A program made the position numbers and the translations under genes. Below, one piece after another: positions 1-10,392 of a stretch of 64,000 nt of DNA. This stretch comes from Deltaproteobacteria bacterium (GTDB taxonomy: Bacteria > Myxococcota_A > Polyangia > JAAYKL01): positions 3,064 through 67,063 of the forward strand of contig JAUVDV010000022.1 of assembly GCA_030595125.1 (NCBI GenBank). Direction: 5' to 3'. Position 1 is the first letter of the stretch. Every line of letters starts with the position of its first letter. A model generated the notes under the pieces. The model worked only from the letters and a program-made list of their open reading frames with translations. It was not told the origin of the DNA and did no database searches.

Positions 1-1170
1 CTCGGCAAGGCCCGGGACGCCCGACCGAGGGACGTGGAGGAGGTTCGCGAGAAGTTGAAGGCGTGCCGGCTGGAGCTTGCTCGCATTAGGATCGAGGAGG
101 CGGACGAGCTCGCCGCGCAGGGTTACGTGGAAGAGGCCCGGGAGATCCTCGCCGATATTCCCGCGATCTGTGATGACGAATCGATCCGGGAGGAGGCCGG
201 CGAGCACAGGAGTCGTTACGATGCGGACGAGGCGAGACGCCTGGCTTCCGAGGGCGAGGACATGACCGAGGAGGATCTGCTGGCGGTCATCGCCGGAACC
301 TGGACCGAGGCTCAGGCGGAAGAGTACGCATCCCTGCCTGATTCTTTCCGGGAGGCCATATTACTTGGACACGACGAAAAACACGAGCGCGCGGCCGAGA
401 TCATGAAGGAAGTTCTGGGTCTCGAGGAGCCGGACGTAGAGCCCAGGTACGCCTATTTCGAGCTGGGCAAGGAACTGGCGCAAGCTGGAATGTCAGAAGA
501 ATCCATGGAGATGATCGACCAGTTTCTGACCATAACGCAGGACGATGAGGAAGCCGTCGAGATGCGTATGGCCGCGGTGACGGTGAAGGGCAGTTTGTTG
601 CTCGACCTCAACCGCGTGGAGGAAGCGGATGAGGTGCTCGTCGCGGCCACAAAGGAAATCCCCGGCCATCACGCTCCCTTCCTCAACCTGGGGGTGTTCC
701 TGAGGAACCGGGGAGAGATGGAACGTTCACTCGCGGCGCTCGAAAAAGCAGTGGAACTCATGGGACAGATGCATCCGGATTTTCGAGTGATCAGGGAGAT
801 CGGCTTTACCTACCTGGCCATGGATCGGAAGGACGAGGCGGAGCAGAACCTGTTTGCGGTGGTGGAGCACCAGGCGTCCCAGGGCAACCACGATCAGCTC
901 GATCCGGAGGCGTCGGTGGCGCTGGCGCGTTTGTACGAGGAGAAAAATGAGATCGAGAAGGCCGCCGATATTTTCCGTCACCTGGCGGTAGGCCACGACA
1001 CCAGAAATCACTTCACGTACAACCTGGAGTCGGCCAGGCTCCTGAGCTCGCTGAGCGTCAACCCTCAACTTGCCGACCGCTATCTCGCCCGGGCGCGGGA
1101 GCTGGCTTCAAACGACAGCGAACAAATGCTGGTTGCCAGTATCGCAGGTGACGAAGGGGTCGATAGTTGA
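1..1170 (+). CDS. TPR-like helical repeat protein, 5' partial (open to window edge)
   Basis: Frame is open from base 1. Track ORF 34..1170 begins at an internal GTG. Acidic helical repeat composition (A/E/L-rich, Y/G/F repeat positions) consistent with TPR. High GC3. Confidence 0.55.
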   Translation, partial: LGKARDARPRDVEEVREKLKACRLELARIRIEEADELAAQGYVEEAREILADIPAICDDESIREEAGEHRSRYDADEARRLASEGEDMTEEDLLAVIAGTWTEAQAEEYASLPDSFREAILLGHDEKHERAAEIMKEVLGLEEPDVEPRYAYFELGKELAQAGMSEESMEMIDQFLTITQDDEEAVEMRMAAVTVKGSLLLDLNRVEEADEVLVAATKEIPGHHAPFLNLGVFLRNRGEMERSLAALEKAVELMGQMHPDFRVIREIGFTYLAMDRKDEAEQNLFAVVEHQASQGNHDQLDPEASVALARLYEEKNEIEKAADIFRHLAVGHDTRNHFTYNLESARLLSSLSVNPQLADRYLARARELASNDSEQMLVASIAGDEGVDS

Positions 1171-2276
1171 GGGTGGGTCCGGCCTCGGTTTTGCTGCTGA
1201 TGTCCATCGCGTATACCGCGTGGGGCTTCGAAGCTCTGGATGCCATCGCGCCGGTGCCGCCTGACCGGCCGGACATCAATCGCATCAACGGAATAACCCT
1301 TGCTCCGATCGAGGATGGACACCTCGGTGATGTGGGATACGGCAGCGCCTCCTGTGCAACAGCCGTGGCCCAGATCGCCGAGATCGGCGCAAACTGGATC
1401 TCCATCACACCGTTCGGTCGGATGGATGACCTCGAATCCACCGATATCCTGCACGACTTCGAGATCCCGGTGGAAAAGAACGAGGAGATGATAAGGAGCG
1501 CCGTCGCCCAGGCTCGATTGGAAGGGCTGAAGGTAGCGATCATTCCTCACATCTATGTCATGTCCGGCGAGTGGCGCGGGGAGATCGATCCCGGAAGTGA
1601 TCCGGCATGGGACGCGTGGTTCAAATCATACACGGATTTCGTTATTCGCTTCGCGATGCTCAGCGAAGAAGTCGGGGCCGATCTATTTTCCGTCGGCGTG
1701 GAGTTCAAGAGCTCTACTAACTTTCGGCCCCACAAGTGGCGCGCCCTGATAGTTAAGGTGCGGGAGGTGTACCGGGGGCCCCTCACGTATTCGGCGAACT
1801 GGGACGAGGTCGACCAGGTTCCATTCTGGGACGCTCTGGACATGATCGGCGTCAATGCTTTCTGGCCGCTGGCGACCAAACCCAAAGACGGATACGCGGT
1901 GATGCGCGACAGGGCTCGACAGGTGGCCCTTGATCTGGAAGCCCTCTTTTATTTCTGGGGACGGCCCGTGTTGTTCACGGAGGTGGGAGTCAAGAGCGCA
2001 GCTGACTCGGCTCTGGCGCCATGGGAGTGGCCGGAGAATTGTTCGAAGCTCGTCTACGATGAGGAATACCAGGCCGATGCGTACCAGGCTGTCTTCGAGG
2101 CGGTCGGCCACGAACCCTGGTTTGAGGGCATGTTCATCTGGAAGTATTACTCGGATCCGTACGACGAAACCCAGGAAGTGATCACGGGGTTTTCACCGAA
2201 GAACAAGCTCGCTGAAGATGTCCTTGTCACCTGGTTCGGCGAAATCGACGCGCTGATCACATCGACCTACATGTAG
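1167..2276 (+). CDS. TIM-barrel glycoside-hydrolase-like protein (GH5/GH113-like) with N-terminal hydrophobic signal
   Basis: 369-aa ORF with TTG start overlapping the upstream stop. Hydrophobic N-terminus (LLLMSIAYTAWG). Motifs FTEVGVKS and SANWDE resemble catalytic-Glu regions of retaining TIM-barrel glycosidases. Family assignment is from memory, not a search. Confidence 0.5.
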   Translation: MRVGPASVLLLMSIAYTAWGFEALDAIAPVPPDRPDINRINGITLAPIEDGHLGDVGYGSASCATAVAQIAEIGANWISITPFGRMDDLESTDILHDFEIPVEKNEEMIRSAVAQARLEGLKVAIIPHIYVMSGEWRGEIDPGSDPAWDAWFKSYTDFVIRFAMLSEEVGADLFSVGVEFKSSTNFRPHKWRALIVKVREVYRGPLTYSANWDEVDQVPFWDALDMIGVNAFWPLATKPKDGYAVMRDRARQVALDLEALFYFWGRPVLFTEVGVKSAADSALAPWEWPENCSKLVYDEEYQADAYQAVFEAVGHEPWFEGMFIWKYYSDPYDETQEVITGFSPKNKLAEDVLVTWFGEIDALITSTYM

Positions 2277-2379
2277 GTCATATTCCTACATTCCCCTTTA
2301 ATTTCAAGTACATAGAAGACTCTGCCCTGTTACGATAGACCGCCAATTTAGCCAAGAATTTCATATAGTTAAGACTATT

Positions 2380-2412
2380 CGTCTATAATAGACGTAATGA
2401 ATACGTTCATTA
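2380..2412. promoter_or_regulatory. Two adjacent perfect palindromes (CGTCTAT-A-ATAGACG; TAATGAA-tacg-TTCATTA) overlapping a TATAAT hexamer upstream of the tamB-like gene
   Basis: Read directly from sequence. Lies in the AT-rich intergenic region 2277..2451, just upstream of GAAGGAGG RBS + GTG start. Confidence 0.3.
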
Positions 2413-2451
2413 TCAGACCGGAGTCTCGTCCAAGTGAGAAGGAGGTCGCGC

Positions 2452-5400
2452 GTGTTTAAACGTGTGGGCAAAATCCTTTTCGTTTTTGTGATCGTGATCG
2501 GTCTGTTGACTGCCGGCCTTCTGATCTGGATTACGTCTTCTCACGGTTCAAAAACAATCTCGGCCAAGGTTCGCGATTACGTGAGCAGGGAGTTCGGGCT
2601 CGTGGCCGAGTTCGGCAACATCGATCTGGAATTCTTTCCTCCCCGGCTCGCCCTGCGAGACCTGGTAGCGTCCGACAAAAAGGGCCATGTCCACTGCACC
2701 ATCGAGGAGGCTGAACTCGCCCCCGATGTCCTCAACCTGTTCGCGGGTGACCTGACAATAGAGGAGATATACCTGGGCTCTCCGAACTGCCGTGTATCCC
2801 TCGACGCGGCCACCATCGACAAGATCGAAAAGCTCATCGGCGACGACAAGGACGTGGGCGCCGGCAAGGGATTCGATCTCAAGGTACTGCCGCGCTTCGA
2901 GGTGCTGGCGGTCAGCGATGGCGCATTCAGCGTGACCGTCGACGATTCACAAAGAGTCGGGCGAGCGCGATTGGAGGTCGATGGGCTGGGGCTGGACATC
3001 ACCAGCGACGAAGCCGGCATCGAGGCCCGGGGGCTGATAAAGAAAGCCCATGGGACATGGGACAAGGACGGCGAATCCGTGGATGAACATATGGAGGACC
3101 TGGAGATCCGCGCCGCCATTTCATCCGACGCCATCGACATCCGTCATGCCTCGGTGAGCATCGCCGGCGCCACATTGAGTGCCCGGGACGCGCACATTCC
3201 GGTGCCCATGTGGCCTCAGGGGCCGTCGGTGGCGGATCTCTCCTTCGAGGTTCCCCTGGAAATTCTCAACAGGTTGCCCGTGGATCTACCCACGTTAAAG
3301 GGGACCGCCGGGTTCCTCGGCCAGGCGTCGGTGAGGAAAAAAGGCGATGGTAAACCGGAGATCTCCGCGCGTGGGCGGGTTCACCTGGAGGGCGGCAAAG
3401 TAGACGATTTTGTCATCGGCGATCTGGAGGGTCTCGTATCGACAGGCCCGCAGGGAGTCGCGTTCTCGCAGGTGGGTCTGCGCACAGCCCAGGGAAAACT
3501 CGTCCTGGACGGCAACATCGCCTTTGACGAAAAGCTGTCAGCCGACATCCAGGTGGGGCTCCACGGCATTGAGCTGGCGCGCCTGATGGAGAACGTGACC
3601 TTCGACGGTGCTTATGTGACGCAGAAGATGACCGGGACGATACACGTGACGGGGCAGCTCAATCCTCTCAAGCTCGATGCCAACCTGAAGAAGGTGGACG
3701 TGGCGGACCACACGGTCTTCTCGGACTCGTTCCGAAAAGCAAACAAGGACGTGCTCCTGCATATCTCGCGTGGATCGGTCTCCGGCAAGGTGAAGATCAA
3801 CGACAAGTTGTTGATCGCAAAGAACCTGCAGGTTCACACAGGAAACACTCACGTATCGGTGGACCTCAAATTCAATCTCGATGGGGAGAGCGGCTGGGAG
3901 CTGACCGCAGACTCGAAACGCTTCGACCTCGACGATGTAAAGAAGATCATCGATTTCGACGTTTCAGGAAAGGGTACGGTCCACTGTCGGATATCCGATC
4001 CGGTGTACGGCGATCCGCGAATAACCGGGAAGGTATCGTTTGCGAACATGAGTTTTTCCGGATTCGATTTCGATCACGTGAGATCTTCCGTTCTCTTTCG
4101 CGGTCAGGAACTGGTCTTCAACGATCTGACAGTGAGGAGCGGAAACAGTCTCTACGTCACCGATGAGGTCAATATTGACATTGGGGGACGAGAAGGTGTT
4201 CGCGTCGAGGCCAAGGTGGAAGCGCGCGGCGTCGCCATCCGGGATCTGGCGAGATCGTTTCACATAGACATGGCCCCCTATGGATCGCCGTCGGGATACC
4301 TCTACGGGAAAGTGGCCATCGACTACACCATGAACCCGGATAACTTCAGGCTCGAGGGCGCCCTCGATCACGACGAGCTGACGATCCTGGGTGAGCGGTT
4401 CGGCTCGAATTCGTTCGACTTCCTCTGGGAGAACGGTCAGCTCATCGTCAACCACCTGGATCTGGACAAGGGCAAGGGCACCATCTCCATTACCGGCGCG
4501 GTGATGCGCAACGGATCACTGAATTTCCTGGGCGTGGCGCGAAACGTGGACCTGTCCACCATAGACTATCCGCTCATAAAAGATCTGGGCCTTTCCGGAA
4601 CAGGCCAGGTATTCGCTGTCATAGACGGCACCATGAAGCATCCTACCGGACGGGCCGACGTACGCCTGTCCGAGTTGGTTTACAACGGGAGGACGTACGG
4701 CGCGAGTCACCTGGAACTGGAGCTTGACGACAAGATCGTGCTCGGCCGCGGTTCCGTCGCGGGCAGGTTACTGACTCTGGAGCACGGCAGGATCGATATC
4801 GAAACCGAACGCTTCGAAGTGGAGGCGTTTGCCTACGATGTCGATCTTGTTTCGGTGCTGGGGATCGACACCAGGGGCAAGAAGGCCGAACTGCACGTTA
4901 CCGGCGAGGCGGCCCTCGAAGGGAAGTTGGGGGCAAAACCGAAGCTGACCGGCTACGCGGAGCTTCATTCCGTGCGCTTCGCCATCGACGATTTCGAGTT
5001 CAAGAACGAGCGTCCCGTAGAGATCGTCGCGCGGCGCGACAAGTTCAAGTTGAGCTCCCCCGTAAGGTTCAGGGGATCTCGAGTTGTGTTTGATATATCT
5101 GGAGCGGCCGGTCTTGAACGCATCTCAAACATCGCGATAGCCGGCATCGCCGATCTGAGCCTGGTCAGCAAGCTGGTGGGACCCGTCAAGAAGAGCAGCG
5201 GGCATGTTCGATTCGAGGCTCGCATAAAGGGATCATGGGACGATCCTTTCTTCAGGGGTCAGGCCGATGTAGAAGATGGAGCATTTACAGTCAGTGGTTT
5301 CCCCAACCCCATAGAAAAGGTGGCCGGGCGCGTCGTACTCGGGGCGAAACAGATTCGCTTCCAGGATTTCAGCGCAACCTCCGCGGGTGGTACGATGAGC

Positions 5401-6435
5401 ATGGAAGGACAGATGACCCTGGCCGGACTCGACGTGGACGACTATCGATTCGGCATGAAGCTCGAAGGTCTCGAACTCGCGCTGAGCGAGGATCTGTCAC
5501 TCAAGATTTCCACCGTCTCAAACGGCCTCGTTCTGCGACCGGGAAAGAAGAGGAACCTGCCGACCGTAACAGGCGACATCAAGCTTACCAGCCTGAGGTA
5601 CACGCAGGATCTCAAAATGATCCAGGTGTCGGACCTGTCGATCGATCGACTGACCGGGACCAAGCTCCACACCAGGAAGCCGAGGATACTGGACGAGGAG
5701 AAGGACAAGTTCGCGTTCGACATCTTCCTGCACGGCGACCGGAACCTGTTGATCCGCAACAACCTGGTAGACGCAAACATCCGCATCGACGATACGGAGG
5801 AGCCGTTGCGCCTGGTGGGAACCAACCAGATGTACGGGTTCCTCGGTCGTGTCTTCGCGCGAAAAGGTGGTCAGGTACGCTTTGCGGGCAAGACCTTCGA
5901 TGTCAGGTACGCCGCGGTGTCGTTCAAGGATCCGTTGCGACCGGAGAACCCGCATTTCAGGGTCACCGCCGACGGCCAGTTGCGCGACTGGACTGTTACC
6001 GTAACGGCCCAGGGCACCCCGGAGGAATACGAGATCAAACTCACCTCGCAGCCGACCCTGTCCGAGGAGGACCTGGTGTTCCTCCTGTTCACCGGGATGA
6101 CCAAGGCCGAGCACGCTCAGTTCGGTTCTCGCGGGATCGCGGGCATCGGTGCGCCGATTCTCGGGAACGTCGGTGGAGATCTCATTCCCCTGGAGCTGCG
6201 CATCTTCACCGAGTACTCGGAGAAGGCCGGCACAGACACCACTCGGGTGTCCGTCGGCAAGAGGATCACCAAGGATGTATGGATCTCCGTATCCTCGAGT
6301 CTCGGCCAGGATCGTGATATCGAGGCCAACTTGGAATACAAAATTAACGATAACTTCTCGCTCTCGGCCAATTATGACAACGAGAGCGAGGCAGGTAACC
6401 TTGGATTGGATCTCAAATTCAGATTGGAGTTCTGA
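2452..6435 (+). CDS. tamB: TamB/AsmA-family translocation-and-assembly-module protein (N-terminal TM anchor, long beta-rich body, DUF490-like C-terminus)
   Basis: GTG start at 2452 preceded by GAAGGAGG. Single N-terminal TM (ILFVFVIVIGLLTAGLLIWI). About 1330 aa of repetitive beta-rich sequence. C-terminus ends LGLDLKFRLEF. Abuts (3-bp gap) the Omp85 gene. Confidence 0.75.
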   Translation: MFKRVGKILFVFVIVIGLLTAGLLIWITSSHGSKTISAKVRDYVSREFGLVAEFGNIDLEFFPPRLALRDLVASDKKGHVHCTIEEAELAPDVLNLFAGDLTIEEIYLGSPNCRVSLDAATIDKIEKLIGDDKDVGAGKGFDLKVLPRFEVLAVSDGAFSVTVDDSQRVGRARLEVDGLGLDITSDEAGIEARGLIKKAHGTWDKDGESVDEHMEDLEIRAAISSDAIDIRHASVSIAGATLSARDAHIPVPMWPQGPSVADLSFEVPLEILNRLPVDLPTLKGTAGFLGQASVRKKGDGKPEISARGRVHLEGGKVDDFVIGDLEGLVSTGPQGVAFSQVGLRTAQGKLVLDGNIAFDEKLSADIQVGLHGIELARLMENVTFDGAYVTQKMTGTIHVTGQLNPLKLDANLKKVDVADHTVFSDSFRKANKDVLLHISRGSVSGKVKINDKLLIAKNLQVHTGNTHVSVDLKFNLDGESGWELTADSKRFDLDDVKKIIDFDVSGKGTVHCRISDPVYGDPRITGKVSFANMSFSGFDFDHVRSSVLFRGQELVFNDLTVRSGNSLYVTDEVNIDIGGREGVRVEAKVEARGVAIRDLARSFHIDMAPYGSPSGYLYGKVAIDYTMNPDNFRLEGALDHDELTILGERFGSNSFDFLWENGQLIVNHLDLDKGKGTISITGAVMRNGSLNFLGVARNVDLSTIDYPLIKDLGLSGTGQVFAVIDGTMKHPTGRADVRLSELVYNGRTYGASHLELELDDKIVLGRGSVAGRLLTLEHGRIDIETERFEVEAFAYDVDLVSVLGIDTRGKKAELHVTGEAALEGKLGAKPKLTGYAELHSVRFAIDDFEFKNERPVEIVARRDKFKLSSPVRFRGSRVVFDISGAAGLERISNIAIAGIADLSLVSKLVGPVKKSSGHVRFEARIKGSWDDPFFRGQADVEDGAFTVSGFPNPIEKVAGRVVLGAKQIRFQDFSATSAGGTMSMEGQMTLAGLDVDDYRFGMKLEGLELALSEDLSLKISTVSNGLVLRPGKKRNLPTVTGDIKLTSLRYTQDLKMIQVSDLSIDRLTGTKLHTRKPRILDEEKDKFAFDIFLHGDRNLLIRNNLVDANIRIDDTEEPLRLVGTNQMYGFLGRVFARKGGQVRFAGKTFDVRYAAVSFKDPLRPENPHFRVTADGQLRDWTVTVTAQGTPEEYEIKLTSQPTLSEEDLVFLLFTGMTKAEHAQFGSRGIAGIGAPILGNVGGDLIPLELRIFTEYSEKAGTDTTRVSVGKRITKDVWISVSSSLGQDRDIEANLEYKINDNFSLSANYDNESEAGNLGLDLKFRLEF

Positions 6436-6438
6436 CGG

Positions 6439-9400
6439 ATGAGTCGAGTCCTTCCATCTCTCCTGGTCTTCCTTGCGGCGTCGAGCGCGCTCGGCCAGGA
6501 TATGCCCGATCCCGCAAGTGGATCCGGTGACGTAATGGATCTGTCGAGCCTGGACATGCTGGAGGACGTGCCGCTCCCGGATGAGCCCGATCATCCGGTT
6601 CCCGGGCCTTCGAGCGTGGATCTCCATGGGTTGGAGGGACTGTCGGTTGTGGAGGTAACGGTGGAAAATCCCCCCGCCGGATTCCACCCGATCGAGGAAG
6701 CGGCGATCACTCTGGGAATCTCGCTCGATCGTTCGGTGGCCCGCAAGGCAATCAAGCGATTGTGGGAGACCGGCAACTACCGCGAGATAGATATCTTCGC
6801 CCGCAACAAGGGCGGCGGCGGTGTGGAACTGGTGATTCGCGTGGAGTTGATGTTGCGGGTATCGAAGGTCGAGATCAACGGCAACAAGGCCATGAGCGAG
6901 GACGATATCGAGCACGCCATTGATCACGTTCCGGACGGCACTATTTCGCCGACTGCGCAGGCCCTCGTCGCGCGCAGGGACAAGCTGAACATGGTGTACC
7001 GGCAACGGGGATACCACGAAGCGAACGCGACGCTTCGAATGGAGACCACGGACAGGCCGGGCAAGGTGGCGCTGGTGATCGACGTGGTGGAGGGGCGGCC
7101 TCAGAAGTACAGAAACATCAGGATAACCGGGTTGCCCAACGACATCGTACACGAAAAACTCATCCGGGAGGTGGGTCTCAAAAACAGGATGGTCAGGGAT
7201 CACGCGAGGATCGAGGAGGCCATGGAGAAGCTCCAGGGCGCGCTGGCAAAGAGAGGGTACCTGGACTCCGTGGTCGGCAAGTTCTCCGAGAAAGGCAAGG
7301 GGCGGTACTCGTTTAACCTGACCATCCCGGTGGACGTGGGAATACGCACCAAGCTCAGCTTCATCGGCAACCGCCGGCTGTCCAAGAGACATCTCCTGGA
7401 GGCGCTGGAAAAACGCGGCGCCATTCACTCGACACCTGGGTCGCTGGAGATCGCGCGAACTCGACTGAAATCGATCTATCGGTCTGCAGGCCTCTACCAC
7501 GCGCAGATCGAATCGGCCCGCATCTGCCTGGATGAAGAGAGGCCTCCGCTGGTCGTCTCCACATCAACCCTTTGCGACTCCAAGACAACCGAGCAAGAGG
7601 TCGTCTTCAAGATCAGAGAGGGACCCCCGGTCGGGGTGTCCCGGATAACCGTATCGGGCAACAAGAACATGGATCGAGACGAGATCGTAAGCGAGATCTT
7701 CGCCTACATGCTCGAAAGAAACGGCTCCAAATCCCAACAGCAGCCGCTCAACACCCGAACCCTGGACGAGCTGGGCGTTTCGGATCCCAGGCCCGGGCGC
7801 ATGGGCAGGCCGAAAGGCGCGCTGACTCCCACCACGGAGCCCTCCCGCATTTACATCCCGGATCTCTATTTGGCGGCCATGGAACACCTGCGGGGCCTCT
7901 ACCAGGAGCGGGGATATCTGAAAGCGACGATTGTGGATACCTGCGACATCGAGAGTCAGAAGACCGAGATGATCGAGGGAACTGCGTTCAGACCGTTCAA
8001 GATCGACCGTGACGATGCGCAGGAGTCCGGATTGCACCCGTGCGTTTTCATCGACGAGGATCTCGACTCGTTGCTGATAGTGATCACCGTGGACGAAGGG
8101 CCGAAAACCACCCTGGCGGATATTCGCGTGGAGGGTAACGATCCGGACGTCTTCACGGAGGCGAAGCTGCTCAAGAAGCTGGGGCTCTCTTCGGGGCAGC
8201 CCTACAACGAGTACAGGCTCAAGGAAGCGGCCGCAGAGCTCGAATCGATTTACAAAAGCACGGGCTACATGTTTGCAAAGGTGAGTTCGGAGACGTCCCT
8301 GTCAACGGACGGCCGGATAGCGGACGTTGTCTTCCGCGTGGAAGAAGGGGTTCAGGTGAGGGTGAACCGGATCATCCTGCGCGGAAACGTGAAGACACTG
8401 CGTAAAGTCATCGAGGACAGAATACGGCTCGACAGTGGCGATCTCATTACGCCCGAAGTGCTGTCCCGCGCGGAGCAGCGACTCATGGAGCTTGGTTTCT
8501 TCGACTCCGTGACCGTCTACATGGCCTCGCCGCAGGAGCCCTCCAGGGAAAAGAACGTGGTCGTGAAGGTGGAGGAGGCAAAGCAGTTCTTCATGGAGAT
8601 GATGGGTGGGATGGCGGTGGTCGACGGTGTCCGCGGGAAGACCGAGTTCGGATGGCGAAACATGGGTGGAACGGGGCTCAATTTCCGCATCCGGTTGAGG
8701 GCCAACTACAGGCTGCTGTTCCCCGGCAAGGAGCTCAAGAGCTTCGAGTCGCGCTACAGGGACATGACGCTCCTTGATCAGCTCGAACGACATTTCAGGG
8801 TCGGCTTCGACACTCCTCACGTATTGGGAACCGGCGGCCTGATCGGAATGGGCACGTACTACATTCAGAGCAGGGAGAACCACCCGTCTTTCAGCGCGGA
8901 CAACAAAATCATCCGCATCGCGCACCTGACATCCAACTACCTTCGATACCTGCCCATCGATGCGCATACGGGGATCGAAATAGCCAACGTCGAGCTCGCG
9001 AGCAGCGCGGATGACCTCAAGACCAATCCCCGGTTCGCCCAGTGGGCCCGGATGCCGGAAGGCGAATCTACATTCTGGGTTACCGGCCTGAGGATATCCC
9101 TCGATATGAGGGACGACGTGTTCAACCCCAGCAAGGGCATCTTCATCTCCGCCGGCGGGGATCTGGTGCGCTCCATGACCAACTTCCAGCCGGAGACCGT
9201 CGTGGACGAGTACGGCCATCAGATAATCGATCCGGAGACCGGCGTACCCCAGACAATCGACAGGCTGTCGAACCTGATCCGTGCGAAGACCACCGTGTCG
9301 GGATACATCCCCATCGTGGGCAAGAAGATGGTGCTCGCCCTCACGGGCTCCCTCGGGTACGTCTTCCATCTACAACAGGAGTCCACCACCTGGGCGGACA

Positions 9401-9801
9401 GGTACTTCTACATGGGCGGCGTCGAGACCCTGAGGGGCTTCTTCAAGGACTCATTGGTTCCCGAGGACGTCTACCAGGACTGGAAACGACAGATCACGCA
9501 ATACAGCGATGAGGCGGAGGCCCTGCTCGACGCGAGAGGGGGCGAGTCCATGTTCCTCCTCCGAGCGGAGTTCAGGTTCCCCATGGCCAAGGGATTCCAC
9601 GGCGGCCTCTTCACCGAGGCGGGCAACGTCTGGCGTAAACGGGACAACCTTAATCCGCTCAAGCTGCGACCGGTCTCGGGCATCGGCCTCCGGTACATGA
9701 CCCCCATCGGCCCCATCTCATTCGATCTGGGCATCAACCTCAACAAGCGCCCGCACGAGGACCGTTTTGCGTGGTTCTTCTCGATCGGATCGGCATTTTA
9801 G
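6439..9801 (+). CDS. bamA: Omp85/BamA-family outer-membrane protein assembly factor (signal peptide, POTRA repeats, C-terminal D15 beta-barrel), unusually long (1120 aa)
   Basis: Signal peptide MSRVLPSLLVFLAASSALGQD. Multiple POTRA-like segments. C-terminal barrel motifs (GGVETLRGF ... ends FSIGSAF with terminal Phe). Confidence 0.8.
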   Translation: MSRVLPSLLVFLAASSALGQDMPDPASGSGDVMDLSSLDMLEDVPLPDEPDHPVPGPSSVDLHGLEGLSVVEVTVENPPAGFHPIEEAAITLGISLDRSVARKAIKRLWETGNYREIDIFARNKGGGGVELVIRVELMLRVSKVEINGNKAMSEDDIEHAIDHVPDGTISPTAQALVARRDKLNMVYRQRGYHEANATLRMETTDRPGKVALVIDVVEGRPQKYRNIRITGLPNDIVHEKLIREVGLKNRMVRDHARIEEAMEKLQGALAKRGYLDSVVGKFSEKGKGRYSFNLTIPVDVGIRTKLSFIGNRRLSKRHLLEALEKRGAIHSTPGSLEIARTRLKSIYRSAGLYHAQIESARICLDEERPPLVVSTSTLCDSKTTEQEVVFKIREGPPVGVSRITVSGNKNMDRDEIVSEIFAYMLERNGSKSQQQPLNTRTLDELGVSDPRPGRMGRPKGALTPTTEPSRIYIPDLYLAAMEHLRGLYQERGYLKATIVDTCDIESQKTEMIEGTAFRPFKIDRDDAQESGLHPCVFIDEDLDSLLIVITVDEGPKTTLADIRVEGNDPDVFTEAKLLKKLGLSSGQPYNEYRLKEAAAELESIYKSTGYMFAKVSSETSLSTDGRIADVVFRVEEGVQVRVNRIILRGNVKTLRKVIEDRIRLDSGDLITPEVLSRAEQRLMELGFFDSVTVYMASPQEPSREKNVVVKVEEAKQFFMEMMGGMAVVDGVRGKTEFGWRNMGGTGLNFRIRLRANYRLLFPGKELKSFESRYRDMTLLDQLERHFRVGFDTPHVLGTGGLIGMGTYYIQSRENHPSFSADNKIIRIAHLTSNYLRYLPIDAHTGIEIANVELASSADDLKTNPRFAQWARMPEGESTFWVTGLRISLDMRDDVFNPSKGIFISAGGDLVRSMTNFQPETVVDEYGHQIIDPETGVPQTIDRLSNLIRAKTTVSGYIPIVGKKMVLALTGSLGYVFHLQQESTTWADRYFYMGGVETLRGFFKDSLVPEDVYQDWKRQITQYSDEAEALLDARGGESMFLLRAEFRFPMAKGFHGGLFTEAGNVWRKRDNLNPLKLRPVSGIGLRYMTPIGPISFDLGINLNKRPHEDRFAWFFSIGSAF

Positions 9802-9868
9802 AGATGGCGTGATATATTCTGAAAGAGAAAGAGATCTCTGTAGTAAACTGTCAGAAACAGGCAAAAAT

Positions 9869-10297
9869 ATGAATTTGAAAAACCTGCTTATTTTCATGTT
9901 GTTGTTCTCAATCGGCATGTTGCTTAATTGTACATTTACGGCTTGCTATGAAGGAGAATGCGATGTCGGTGATCCTGAAAGCTGCGATGGCGATACGCTA
10001 ATCTACTGTGGCCGGCTCGACCGATGGGAAAAATACCAATGTGATTACTATGATGATGGCATGTGTATGGAGTTCACGGAAGACGAGAACAACTACAATA
10101 GGGCGGCTTGTGTGCTGTCATTGACACCCTGTCCTGAAGGAAGAAGTGCGGTATGCGTAGGAAACAGAATCGGCAACTGCGTTCATGGTTATCCGGAATG
10201 CGTATTTACCGGCGAACCTTGCGAGGAGTGTTCCTCTTCTTCCGAGTGTATTGAATACGATGCCGGAGGAGCCGAATGTTGGCCTCCGAATAATTGA
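9869..10297 (+). CDS. Small secreted cysteine-rich protein (hypothetical), atypically low GC
   Basis: ATG at 9869 with signal-like N-terminus MNLKNLLIFMLLFSIGMLLNC. About 18 Cys in about 120 mature residues. AT-rich codon usage unlike neighbours. The longer track ORF from 9767 overlaps the bamA end, so the internal start is preferred. Confidence 0.45.
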   Translation: MNLKNLLIFMLLFSIGMLLNCTFTACYEGECDVGDPESCDGDTLIYCGRLDRWEKYQCDYYDDGMCMEFTEDENNYNRAACVLSLTPCPEGRSAVCVGNRIGNCVHGYPECVFTGEPCEECSSSSECIEYDAGGAECWPPNN

Positions 10298-10318
10298 TTT
10301 CAATCGACAGCCCCCCTG

Positions 10319-10337
10319 AAAAAATGTGACTGGCACC
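10319..10337. repeat. Copy 1 of motif AAAAAAT-GTGACTGGCACC
   Basis: Exact 12-mer GTGACTGGCACC preceded by an A-run, 50 bp upstream of ORF 10393..11148. The same 12-mer recurs twice at 11364..11395. Confidence 0.6.
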
Positions 10338-10392
10338 ATTCCCAGAGGGTATAAACGCTCCGAGATCCTGATAGCGCACGGGAGGCATGCAG

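Noticed and set aside
5518-7500. 660-aa minus-strand ORF spanning the tamB/bamA junction
   Set aside because: Shadow ORF antisense to two well-supported genes.
8302-9369. 355-aa minus-strand ORF inside bamA
   Set aside because: Antisense shadow of the BamA barrel region.
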